DNA from: Endomicrobiales bacterium
GTDB lineage: Bacteria > Elusimicrobiota > Endomicrobiia > Endomicrobiales > CAWCFT01
Assembly (NCBI GenBank): GCA_963794945.1
Contig: CAWCFT010000009.1
Coordinates: 1 to 64,000, forward strand
Direction of reading: 5' to 3'
DNA length: 64,000 nucleotides
The stretch's first letter is position 1. The number at the start of each line of letters is the position of its first letter. Shown one piece after another: positions 19,332-29,074 of this stretch. The notes beneath the pieces were generated by a model. That model ran no database searches and was not told where the DNA came from. It saw only the letters and a program-made list of their open reading frames with translations. Both the position numbers and the translations under genes were made by a program.

Positions 19332-19383
19332 GCTGCCTCCGCGTATTTACTTTAAAAATATCATATCTGATTTCGTTTTAAGA

Positions 19384-19472
19384 TGTCATCTCAATCCGCC
19401 AGAGGCGAAGTGGGATCTTGTTTTTGTTTGACTTAAGATTTTATTCCCGTCTTTGGCGGGATCGAAATGACA
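19384..19472. repeat. Intergenic palindromic element (TGTCAT...ATGACA ends)
   Basis: Terminal IR TGTCAT/ATGACA, inner hairpins CGCC-AGA-GGCG and CCCGTC-TTT-GGCGGG, inner ATCTT/AAGAT arms. Confidence 0.6.
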
Positions 19473-19477
19473 ATGCC

Positions 19478-21425
19478 TTACTTCTTCTTATTTACTTCAA
19501 GCTCTTCCTTTGCTTTTACTATAGCCTTGCCTGCTTTTTCATGGTTCGGGTTTAGCCTTACAGCAATTTCCCACGTCCTGATAGCGTCCTCAGTTTTACC
19601 CTGGGCATAGAGCACAAGACCTTCGTTATATTTTTTATCCGCTGCCTGAGCATCGATTTCGGGTTCTGGTTGTTTATCCTGTTTAACACTAACTTTCGGC
19701 ACTGATTTTGCATATGCTATTTTTGAAAGCTCGCTTATGGAGTTATCTATAAATGTCTGCGCCTTTGAATTCCATTCGCATGCCGCCGAGAACGGTTCCG
19801 TCTTGCAGATATCCTGTGCTTTTTCCATTGTTTTTATACAGACTATCCATTTTTTGGCGTCAAAACTTGATTTTCCTTCATCGAATACTTTTGAAACGCG
19901 ATCCTCAATCTCCTTTTCATTCTTAATGCGCTCTATGTCTTTAAGGTACACTTTAACTTTAGAAACATACTGGGCTAGTTCTTCTCTTTTGGCATTCATC
20001 TGCAAAACTTTTTCCCATTCATTAACCGCATCGTTATACTTCTGTCCGCGATAATCCACATAGCCCTTCGCGTAAGAAACCTTTTCAAAATCCGAATCCA
20101 GCGCAAGTTGCGAAGACTCATTCATTTCATCTGTAATTTTCTGGTAGTATAACCATGCGTTTTCGTATTGCGGGTATTTAAGCATGATATCCCTGAACTT
20201 ATCTGCCGCAAGCAGGTAGCGTGTTTTATTATAATCTTTCAACGCTGATTTAAATAACGGTTCAACTACTTTATCTATTTTTTCGTTATTAATCTCTTTG
20301 TTCTTCAAAGCAATCTGCGCTTCTTCCATTAAAGTATCTCTTGTCACAGACTTGTGGTATTTGGCTCCTTCACTCTTGGTTTTTCCGCAATTCCAGCTGT
20401 ATCCGATTGAAAACCTATTCATAATTGCCAGATCGCCAAAATCAATGGCATAATCAACTTTAAAATCTTTAAGCTTCAAACCCGCGCCAGCGGTTGGATT
20501 ATCCCCATAATATCCCGCCCTTAAGATATACTTCTGAACAAAGGTATACTCAGCCCCAAAAGCCGGATTTAGCACACTTTCCTGCAGGTTAGCGTCCAGG
20601 AATAATGAAACCGTATCGTGAGAGACTGTCCTGTACAATGTGGGCACTGAAAATACTGCTCCTAACCGGTAGACCGTTCCAAGGGTTTCCGCGTCAGAGA
20701 TCAAAGTTATGCTGGGCGGAACAATATTTAACGCGCTCAGGCCCGCCGCCATCTGGCTCTTATTCCCAAATACTACAGGGCCACTAAATTCCTTAGATAA
20801 ACCAATATCGACGCCCGCTCCGCCGCCAGTGTATTTATACATATCGTAATAAATGTACTTGATGTTGAGACCAATATTCAGCCCGATTAGTGTGTCAAAA
20901 TGTTTCGCATAACTTAAATAGTAAGCCCACTGATTTGTGTTGATAACGCTAGGATCGTCATTGATGTTCTGTTCTGAGTTCTACATCACCGCTTCTTAGA
21001 TTTATGGCCGACGCGCTAAATGACCCTTGCGCTTTGTTCAGCAGTCCGTTAAAACCTGCATAACTGTACGAAGACCCGTCAAAAAGAGTGTGCTCCGCCA
21101 AAACTACACCATTACTATTTGCCTCTGCAAGCAATGAAGGGTTATAAAATACAGAAGAATTGTCTTCAAATATCGAAGTTGCCGTCTCGCCCCTGCCGTA
21201 AGAAGCAACCGAAGGGCCATGAGAAAGGAAATTTTCCGCGATGCCAGCCGTAAAAGCCGGGCTGAATGTAAAGAATAAAACAACTATAGCTATTGCTGTC
21301 ATTCCTGTGAAAACAGGAATCCATTCCAACAATAATTTTAACTTCTGGATACCCGCTTTCGCGAGTATGACACCAGGTTTTGGCGATAATATTAACCGAA
21401 TTATTTGATTATCAGTATTCTGCAT
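19478..21425 (-). CDS. PorV/PorQ(FadL)-like beta-barrel fused to TPR repeats (frameshift near 20965)
   Basis: FLSHGPSVASYGRGE...SVFYNPSLLA barrel N-terminus, beta strands to RFSIGYSW, then TPRs (AVNEWEKVL, YNEGLVLYAQGKTEDAIRTWEIAVRLNPNH). Confidence 0.7.
21298..21371. repeat. Palindromic element (RPE/dRS3-like) inside a coding region
   Basis: GTCATTCCTGTGAAAACAGGAATCCA-N22-TGGATACCCGCTTTCGCGAGTATGAC, which translates as VILAKAGIQ...WIPVFTGMT. Confidence 0.8.
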
Positions 21426-21767
21426 TTGCCCTTTTCTTCTCTGTCAGGTTACTTTTCTTGATGATGCAAGGATAAGTGATGTTACACATCATTTTGCCAC
21501 TTCATTATCGCCCTTTGGCAAATCATAAACAATTTTTTGACTGCATAAATTCCCGTACTTCGAAAAAATGTCAATCACAGCAAAGCCGCTTTCTTCCATC
21601 TCATTTCAACCCTTCCTGTGATTGAATATGTTCTGATTGCGCGGTTTATTGTTACTATAGTGTGATAATTGTGTAAGTCTTGTATAAATGGTTATTTTTC
21701 AAGAATATCAATACTAAATTGCCAACATATTTTAACTACTTTAGACGTTGATTTTATTTAGAAAAAT

Positions 21768-21801
21768 AAAAAAACGATGCGGCTTTATGCCCATCGTTTT
21801 T
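21768..21801 (-). terminator. Intrinsic terminator (possibly bidirectional)
   Basis: Stem AAAACGATG...CATCGTTTT with T-runs on both strands. Confidence 0.7.
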
Positions 21802-21892
21802 ATATTGAAATGCTATATTTGGAATGTTCCCCGATCCCTGCTCCAGACACTTCAAGGTATCCTCTCCCAAATCCCTTAATTACTGGTTAGCG
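21768..21892 (-). ncRNA. Candidate ~125-nt structured RNA / attenuator leader upstream of the Tad locus
   Basis: Lies between a near-consensus promoter and a terminator. Stems AUUUGGGA/UUCCAAAU and GGAUAC/GUGUCU. No known family recognised. Confidence 0.4.
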
Positions 21893-21897
21893 TATAA

Positions 21898-21926
21898 ATA
21901 ATATCAAAACCTATAACTTCTGTCAA
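21898..21926 (-). promoter_or_regulatory. Sigma-70 promoter TTGACA-17-TATTAT
   Basis: -35 at 21921..21926, -10 at 21898..21903. Confidence 0.7.
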
Positions 21927-22013
21927 ACAATAGATTATTGATAAACCTCAGCAATCACAGATTACACAGTTTTTAGAAAGATTACCCAGATTATAATTTT
22001 CGGATTAACCCAA

Positions 22014-22226
22014 TCATGCTGACAAAGCTAATTTGTGTGCTTGCTGTGCGACGGTTTTTACCAACTCTTCGATTGCATCGACTTCTTTTTCTTCAAAGTA
22101 AGTCTCGCCGCACTGTTCACAGACATACGCAGGAGCACTATCAAGAGTTACATGGCATCCTTCTTTATCAATATGAAGAGTTGTTACACCTTTTTTCATT
22201 TTTCCGCTGCAATACATGCATTTCAT
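22014..22226 (-). CDS. YgiT-type zinc finger protein (MqsA N-terminal-like)
   Basis: MKCMYC...PAYVCEQCGE. Confidence 0.85.
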   Translation of the reverse strand: MKCMYCSGKMKKGVTTLHIDKEGCHVTLDSAPAYVCEQCGETYFEEKEVDAIEELVKTVAQQAHKLALSA

Positions 22227-22553
22227 CTTTTCACCCTCAATTTGAAATTATTTGCCCATTTCTTTTTTGTCAGGTATATATGCCGTAATAATAGCTACAT
22301 AATCGCCTTTGGGCGAACATACAACATGAATAGGACGTCCTCCGTTACCTTTACCTAAAACTAAGCAGCTATGACCGCGGCTATCTTCAGGATAATCTTC
22401 TATTAGCTCACCGTGCTCTATTACAGAGCGTATTTCCGTCGTACTTATCATGCGATCAGGCCTAATCATTTGCCGCAATGCATGAGGTAAATAAAGACGT
22501 TTCTTTCGGCTCCTTGTGCGTACTAATAATAAAATACCGACGTTATTCTTCAT
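22223..22553 (-). CDS. DUF4258 domain protein (putative toxin); frameshift in last codons
   Basis: HALRQM, IEDYPEDSRGHSCLVLG, RPIHVVC, IITAYIPD. Alternative frame ends WANNFKLRVKR, coupled to the next gene. Confidence 0.85.
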
Positions 22554-22565
22554 TTATTACGAAAA

Positions 22566-22594
22566 ATAATAACAAATATTACAACCTCTGTCAA
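22566..22594 (-). promoter_or_regulatory. Sigma-70 promoter TTGACA-17-TATTAT for the DUF4258/YgiT pair
   Basis: -35 at 22589..22594, -10 at 22566..22571, only 12 bp before the ATG. Confidence 0.65.
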
Positions 22595-22640
22595 ATTTGT
22601 TTAATATCTTTAAATCGCGAGATAATGATTCAAGCCTGAC

Positions 22641-23579
22641 TTATACTTTCACAAGATAAAATGCTGCCTGGTCGCCGGCGTTATTTTTGTTCAACTGGGA
22701 GGCTTTGTAGCGGTAATAGAATTTTTTGGGGTAATTTAACAGCTTGGTGAGACGGCTGTTTGTGGTTATGGAATCGAGGGTTTGGCCTTTTTTGTATTTT
22801 TCGCTGCCTATGAATTGGAGCTCGTAGGAATCATATGTGTAGTTACGGACTTTCAACCCCGCTTTTTGCGCCAGCAGTTCAAGGCTTTTTACCGTGTGGA
22901 TGTAATAATGCCTTGGGGCGTCTATCGCGCACCAGTTTACGCCGTAGTATTCGTAAGCCCATGAATCGGCCAGAGGTATCCTGATAACGCAAACGCCGTT
23001 TGGATGCAGCAACCGGGATATCATTTCCATGGTAGGTTTTTGTTCCCACATGTGCTCGAGGGAATGGCTGAGAATTATCAGGTCCCATTTCCATCTCGGG
23101 TTCAACTCGAATATGCTCATCTTCCTGATATTAAGGCTGCCCGGATAATCGATGTCTTCTTTGATAAACGGGTCCACACCCGCAAGGTTGCTGAAGCCTA
23201 TGTTTTTCAGGCACCGCAATAAATGCCCGCTGCCGCAGCCGACATCTAAAATACTTGACTTATTGGTTAAGCGGACCTGTGACAACGCCCTTAATGACTG
23301 GTCAGGTTTGTAGGAATATAACAGCCTGCCTATTAAGCCGCTTTTGTTACGGACCGCGAACCTGGTTTTCTCGTTCTCTAAAAAACTGGATGACTGGTTT
23401 GCAAGGCTGTAGTAATTGCTTGGGTAATAGCTTGCGATATTCTCGGGGATCTCACTTATTTGCAAACAGCCGCACGAAGAACATTGAAAATACTTGAAGC
23501 TGTCCCTTGTTCCGATCATCATCTCGAGGACACTTATTTCCTTATTGTCATTTTCGTTGCCGCATATTCTGCATTTCAT
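22641..23579 (-). CDS. Class I SAM-dependent methyltransferase with N-terminal Zn-finger (glycan-associated type)
   Basis: CRIC...CSSCG, ILDVGCGSG, SHSLEH, DAPRH. Confidence 0.85.
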   Translation of the reverse strand: MKCRICGNENDNKEISVLEMMIGTRDSFKYFQCSSCGCLQISEIPENIASYYPSNYYSLANQSSSFLENEKTRFAVRNKSGLIGRLLYSYKPDQSLRALSQVRLTNKSSILDVGCGSGHLLRCLKNIGFSNLAGVDPFIKEDIDYPGSLNIRKMSIFELNPRWKWDLIILSHSLEHMWEQKPTMEMISRLLHPNGVCVIRIPLADSWAYEYYGVNWCAIDAPRHYYIHTVKSLELLAQKAGLKVRNYTYDSYELQFIGSEKYKKGQTLDSITTNSRLTKLLNYPKKFYYRYKASQLNKNNAGDQAAFYLVKV

Positions 23580-23596
23580 AGTACGCCGCTATTACA

Positions 23597-24778
23597 CTAT
23601 AAATATTTTTCTTTAAAGACCTGTTTATAAATAATGTTCGTTTTCTCCGCCACGTAGTTCCAGGTGTATTTTTCGGCTGTTTGCCGGGCCTTTTTTCCCA
23701 TTTTGGCCATCGAGGACGGAAAGTTTTTGCAATATAGTATCGCGTTGGCGATCTCGTTAACGTTTGAATGGTCTTTAAGCAGGATGCCGTCTTCCCAGTT
23801 TGTCATCAGTTCAGCAGCTCCGGCTGTTTTGCTGACTATCACGGGCAGGCCCGATGCCATTGCTTCTGTTATGACCATGCCGAACGGTTCGTACACGGTC
23901 GGGAATACCATCAGGTCGCTCGCGGCGTACAGGCGCTCGATAAATTGTGTTTCGCCGGCGAAAGTTATCTGCTTATCGACCCCGAGCTCTTTTGCCATAG
24001 TATCGTACGCGGAAGAAGAGTCTCTGCCGACTACCAGCAGGCGTATTTTTTTGTCGCCTATCTTGCTCATCGCTTTTAGGATGTTCCCGAGCCCTTTACG
24101 CTCGAACTGGTGGGCCGGAAATATCATCACGAGGTCATCATCGCTAAAGCCGTATTTCTTTCTGATATCGGTCCCGAACAATGCTTTTTTAGCCGGGTTA
24201 AACATTTTTGTGTCGACGCCATTCGGTAGTGCGACTATCTTGATACCCGGTACTTTATAATTTGCCAGTATTTCTTCTTTCACGCCTTTTGAAACCGATA
24301 TCAGTCTCAGGCAGGTCTTTATCGAGTGGTCTTCAGGGCCGAGGATTATTCTATGCAAGGGATTGAACGTTGACTTCTTCATCCTGTCTATAAAACCTTT
24401 CGACTGTGCACGGGCAAGCTTGAGCCACGCGCGGTGGCAGCTCCCCGCCGTGTACACATCGCAGTGGCCCGAATAATCGCCCTGGGTATGAATTATGTCG
24501 TACCCGTCTTTTTTAACCATATTCCTGGAATTTCTATTAAAGCTGGAAACTTCAAACAAAAGGTTAAGCGCGAATTTTTTTCTTTTGGTGAGGAATTTGA
24601 AGCTTGTTATGGGGACTTTGTGGAACTGTATTGTTTTAACGGCGGGGTTTATATCGTCCCAGTCCGCCGTGAAGACGTGGACCTCGTTGTCCTTAGCGAA
24701 CCATTCCGCTAGTTCCGCGACGTAACGGGAGATCCCCCCGCGCTTATTATAGTGCCTTACGATGTACGCTATTTTCAA
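23597..24778 (-). CDS. Glycosyltransferase family 4
   Basis: GGISRY, PNGVD, FERKGL, YEPFGMVITEAMASGLPVI. Confidence 0.93.
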   Translation of the reverse strand: MKIAYIVRHYNKRGGISRYVAELAEWFAKDNEVHVFTADWDDINPAVKTIQFHKVPITSFKFLTKRKKFALNLLFEVSSFNRNSRNMVKKDGYDIIHTQGDYSGHCDVYTAGSCHRAWLKLARAQSKGFIDRMKKSTFNPLHRIILGPEDHSIKTCLRLISVSKGVKEEILANYKVPGIKIVALPNGVDTKMFNPAKKALFGTDIRKKYGFSDDDLVMIFPAHQFERKGLGNILKAMSKIGDKKIRLLVVGRDSSSAYDTMAKELGVDKQITFAGETQFIERLYAASDLMVFPTVYEPFGMVITEAMASGLPVIVSKTAGAAELMTNWEDGILLKDHSNVNEIANAILYCKNFPSSMAKMGKKARQTAEKYTWNYVAEKTNIIYKQVFKEKYL

Positions 24779-25153
24779 ATTTCTATCCCAATATAGAATT
24801 TAAATAGTTATGTGTTTGCGCTTTTTAACATAACTATATTAATATAGCATTTTTCCGGGTTTGTTTTGTAATTTACCGTTTAAACAAATCAGAAATGAAT
24901 GTATTTATTTTGTTTTGTTCAGCCGCGTGTATATGGCGTGGATTAATAAAGGTTTGTGAAAAGGCCGGAATTGAAAATATGAAGATCGTTGGGAATGAGA
25001 AGAAATTGCGTAATAGTTTTAGGCTGGAAATAATGTTTTTCTCAGGATGGGTCCCAAGGCGGTTCAAAATAAGTCCCCTAAAACGGTCAATTGTCTTGAA
25101 TCTAACATGATGTTAACAAAATCATCACTTTATGTCAAATTTAAGTTAGAGGA

Positions 25154-28100
25154 TCATTTCTTCAACATGAAGGTTCTCAAGACATCGCTCATGTCCTGAA
25201 CGCTGTAAGGCTTTGGCAATGCCGCGGAGAACCCATGCTCTTTGTAGTTAGCGACGATAGGGTCGGCCGAGTAACCGCTTGAGACTATCGCTTTTACGTT
25301 CGGGTTGACCGCTTTCATACGGGTCAGCACTTCTTTGCCGTTCAAGTGGCCTGGTATAGTCAGGTCGAGGATAACAATGTCGAAAGCGTCGCCAGTGCCC
25401 CACGTATCGCGGTAGCGCTCGACCGCCTTACCGCTTTCAGCGAAAGCCTCTACGGCAAAGCCGAGCTTTTTTAATATCCTTGCCCCCATCACGCGCACTA
25501 TCTCTTCGTCGTCAAGAATCAGCACCCTGCCGCTGCCTTTTATCAGTTCAGCCTCACCCGCCCGCTCCACCGGGATAAACTCGCCTTTAGCGGCGGGTAT
25601 GTAAATTATGATAGATGTCCCCTTACCGGGTTCTGCTTCCGCCGTTATAAACCCTCCATGGTTCTTTATTATGGAATAACAAGTAGCCAAGCCCAGGCCG
25701 CTGCCGTTGTTTTTGGTAGTGAAATAAGGGTCGAATATCTTATCGATGATATCAGGCGCTATCCCGGGGCCCGTATCCTTTATTACGATCCTGACATAGG
25801 AACCGGATGTTGAGCCTGCCGGCGCGTTATCCGGCAGCCCGGTGTTTTCCGCCGAGATCGATATTTTCCCTCCGTTAGGCATCGCCTGAACAGAGTTTAT
25901 CGTTATATTGCTTATTACCTGCCCTAACTGGCCGGGGTCCGCTTCAACAGGATAGATATCCGGAGATATGTTATACTGGCACACAGTTTTAGAGCCGTGC
26001 ACGGCAAAAGTTGAGAATTCTTTGATTATAGGCGCGAGAGATATCAGTTTTTTAATCGGCGCGCCGCCTTTGGCGAAAGTAAGGAGCTGGAGCGTAAGGT
26101 TCTTTGCCTGCTTTACCGCTTTTTCCGTATCTTCCAGAAGCTCGTAGTTCCCGTCGCCGGGCTTAAGCGAATAGCGGGCAAGGGATATATTGCCCAGTAT
26201 GCCGGTCAATAAATTATTGAAGTCGTGCGCTATGCCTCCTGAGAGCACTCCAAGCGAGTCCAGCTTCTGCGTCCTTATCGTTTCACTCTCCATCCGTTTA
26301 CGTTCGGTAATATCCAGAAGAACCACGTACACGGCTATCATTTTGCCTTGCGCGTCATAGATCGGGCTCGAATTGACCAGAGCCCAGTGCGTCGTGCCGT
26401 TTTTGGTCTCTATCTTTATTTCCCGGTTTAATACTTTTTGCCCCTTAAGCGCGTGCTCGATCGAAAACACGCCGGGCTTAATTGGTTTCCCTGCGCTGTC
26501 ATATTCGATGAAAGAAGTTTTTATATCAAGTATCTTTTGCCCTACCGGATCAGGTTCGTCAATGGTATCAAGATAGCTTCTGCAGGCGTGGTTCATTATT
26601 TGCACAACGCCGTCCGGCATGCTTACAAGCACCAAGGGGATAGGCGATTGTTCGAACGCCGATTCAAGCATTACCCTTGCGTTTGACAGCTCTTCTTCGA
26701 GGCGCTTGCGATCGGTTATGTCCTGAACGATGTGCACCGCACCGGCGAGGTTGTTTTCCTTGTCAAATATAGGGTCGGCGATGATATTGTACCACTTATC
26801 GTTGAGCTTGAGCTGCATGCTTTCCCGGCGTTTTGTCCGTTTCATCCGCTCTATCGGGCAGTTCTCGGTAGGCGATGAAGAACCGTGAATAACCGTGAAA
26901 CAATATTGTCCAATGATCTGGTCGTAGGTTTTTCCCAGCATCGTCTCCGTGGCGGCATTGTGCCGCAATATCCTTCCTTCAAGGCTTATAAGGCATATAG
27001 AATCGGATATCGCGTCGAACGTCGTGCGCCACTCGGCCTCGCTTAATATAAGCTCGTTCTCGACACGCTTGCGTTCGGTTATGTCCCTTGTAATGTTAAG
27101 GTTATGCGGGACGCCGTTAAGGTCTATTACACTGCCCGACATCAGCCCTATGATAACCCTTCCGTCCTTAGCGCGGAAACGGGCCTCGAAGTTCTCAACA
27201 TAACCGTCGCGTTTTAAGCTTTCTATGAAGTTTTTCCTGTTTGCCGGGTCATCCCAGATGTTCAATTCCAGCGAAGTTTTGCCCAGACAATCCCCTTCAG
27301 TGTAGCCTGTGATCTTAGTAAAACCGCTATTTATACTGACGTACAATCCGTCACTTAACCTGTTGATATTTATAGAGTCGGGGCTGGTAGCGAAGGCCTT
27401 CCGGAACTTTTCTTCGCTTGCTTTGAGGGCGTTAAGGACCATTTTCCTGCCGGTGATGTCATGGCAGAGCGTAAGTATATGGTCTTTTCCTTCAGTACGG
27501 AACACTGTCGCATTTATCTCGATCGGTGTAACTGCGCCTTCAGGCGAAACGTAGTCTATCTCCAGGCCGTGCACAAAACCCTGGTTAAGGCACCTTTTGA
27601 CTTCATTGCCGTTATGTTCAAGGTCGTGCGAAGCGGTCCATTCCAGCACATTGTGCCCTACAATGTCTTTCATATTTTTTCTGCCGGTCATTCGCAGGTA
27701 TTCGTTATTGGCCTCCAGGACATTGCCCTTGTCGTCAAGAATTACGTAACCCGTGTAGGTGGTTTCTACCAGCCGTTTGTATTTTTCTTCGCTTTCACGC
27801 AAGGCTTTTTCAGTGCTTTTCCGTTCGGTGATATCCGATATGCTCGTGACCATGAACAGCGGCCGTCCGTGTTCATCGAACAGCAAGGTAGAGCTGAGGT
27901 CGGCATAAATTATTTTCCCAGTCTTATGGACATACCTTTTTTCATACCTGCACGACTCGATCTCCCTGTTCACCAAACGGCTTATATACTGTTTTGTTTC
28001 TTCGGCATCTTCCGGTAAAGTGACATCGAAAATACCTTTCGATATAATTTCTTTAACCGAGTAACCCAGCATATCCGCGAACGCTTTATTGACGTTTAGT

Positions 28101-29074
28101 ACTTTACCATCTATGGTCGCCAACGATATCCCCACTGTTGACTTTTCAAAAATGGTAGTGAACTTCTCCTCACTTTCCCACTGGTTTTCCTCCTTAATAT
28201 TTACCAGCCTCGCGAATATATAAATAATCGCCAGCATGACCAGCAGGTTCATTACCGCGACCAATGAGACACCGGTCTCGTTGCTAAGTATTAAGAATTT
28301 TTGTGACCATAACTTAAGGAAACCCAGCAATAATGGAGTGACCAAGACAACGGGGAGTATAGCGCGCAGCATTTTACCGCCTGTCCTGCCGCTGGATATA
28401 GTTTTCATTATTCCGGATCTTGATCCTGCGAAACAAACACACACACAAGCGGCCATAAACAGCACCGTTGACATAAAGGACATGGGTTCGCTGAAGCTGA
28501 ACCCAAGGATCAAAGGAGCCGCGCCGTAAAGATAACCCACGAAAGCTAAAAGCCCTATTATGCCGGCCGCCAGCGCGGATAACTGCCCTATGTAAATATA
28601 CGCCTCTTCTTTTTTCAGCGACAGCAGCGTTGCCGCGCCTAAAAGAACAAAATTAAATGCCGAGTTAGCGGACATCCTTCCGGGCCTGACCGTTATCAGG
28701 TGGGATATTTTATCACTGATCAATAGCTGGTCAATGCCCAAGTTCAGCCTGAAAGCGTATTCGATCAGCGTCAACAAGCCTATTAAGGCGACAACTGACC
28801 CTAAAATATTTGTTACCATCAGTTTGAGACCGTTTGGAAGGCGTTTATTGTTCAGTATCAGGAACACTATGCCGGTCAAAACAAAAGAAAGGGCGCTATT
28901 AACTTTCATAGCGATATGATCAGGAGAGATATTTTGCAAAAGCGCGGCATTAAAGAGCCAGCCTGCCAGCACGGCGGCCCCGCCGGCTGTTAAGATCAGC
29001 GCCAGCGCTTGAGAAACCAGCTCATAAATTGAAGTTTTTAGATGTGTCGGATTTCCTGAAAAGCCTGCGTCCAT
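25154..29074 (-). CDS. Membrane-bound multi-PAS hybrid histidine kinase
   Basis: ~8 N-terminal TM helices, five PAS/PAC units ending DIT, H-box GIAHDFNNLL, G-boxes and C-terminal REC. Confidence 0.93.
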   Translation of the reverse strand: MDAGFSGNPTHLKTSIYELVSQALALILTAGGAAVLAGWLFNAALLQNISPDHIAMKVNSALSFVLTGIVFLILNNKRLPNGLKLMVTNILGSVVALIGLLTLIEYAFRLNLGIDQLLISDKISHLITVRPGRMSANSAFNFVLLGAATLLSLKKEEAYIYIGQLSALAAGIIGLLAFVGYLYGAAPLILGFSFSEPMSFMSTVLFMAACVCVCFAGSRSGIMKTISSGRTGGKMLRAILPVVLVTPLLLGFLKLWSQKFLILSNETGVSLVAVMNLLVMLAIIYIFARLVNIKEENQWESEEKFTTIFEKSTVGISLATIDGKVLNVNKAFADMLGYSVKEIISKGIFDVTLPEDAEETKQYISRLVNREIESCRYEKRYVHKTGKIIYADLSSTLLFDEHGRPLFMVTSISDITERKSTEKALRESEEKYKRLVETTYTGYVILDDKGNVLEANNEYLRMTGRKNMKDIVGHNVLEWTASHDLEHNGNEVKRCLNQGFVHGLEIDYVSPEGAVTPIEINATVFRTEGKDHILTLCHDITGRKMVLNALKASEEKFRKAFATSPDSININRLSDGLYVSINSGFTKITGYTEGDCLGKTSLELNIWDDPANRKNFIESLKRDGYVENFEARFRAKDGRVIIGLMSGSVIDLNGVPHNLNITRDITERKRVENELILSEAEWRTTFDAISDSICLISLEGRILRHNAATETMLGKTYDQIIGQYCFTVIHGSSSPTENCPIERMKRTKRRESMQLKLNDKWYNIIADPIFDKENNLAGAVHIVQDITDRKRLEEELSNARVMLESAFEQSPIPLVLVSMPDGVVQIMNHACRSYLDTIDEPDPVGQKILDIKTSFIEYDSAGKPIKPGVFSIEHALKGQKVLNREIKIETKNGTTHWALVNSSPIYDAQGKMIAVYVVLLDITERKRMESETIRTQKLDSLGVLSGGIAHDFNNLLTGILGNISLARYSLKPGDGNYELLEDTEKAVKQAKNLTLQLLTFAKGGAPIKKLISLAPIIKEFSTFAVHGSKTVCQYNISPDIYPVEADPGQLGQVISNITINSVQAMPNGGKISISAENTGLPDNAPAGSTSGSYVRIVIKDTGPGIAPDIIDKIFDPYFTTKNNGSGLGLATCYSIIKNHGGFITAEAEPGKGTSIIIYIPAAKGEFIPVERAGEAELIKGSGRVLILDDEEIVRVMGARILKKLGFAVEAFAESGKAVERYRDTWGTGDAFDIVILDLTIPGHLNGKEVLTRMKAVNPNVKAIVSSGYSADPIVANYKEHGFSAALPKPYSVQDMSDVLRTFMLKK

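Noticed and set aside
21490..21598. 36-aa ORF MEESGFAVIDIF... upstream of the Tad locus
   Set aside because: Short, no recognisable motif, weak RBS.
21811..21892. Assignment of the leader RNA to c-di-GMP-I/II, c-di-AMP or ykkC riboswitch classes
   Set aside because: Core consensus elements are absent. Kept only as an unknown candidate.
24804..24837. Inverted repeat ATAGTTATGT...ACATAACTAT upstream of the GT4 gene
   Set aside because: AT-rich, single occurrence, no associated regulator.
24873..25110. Short ORFs on both strands in the intergenic region
   Set aside because: No motifs or RBS, so probably spurious.
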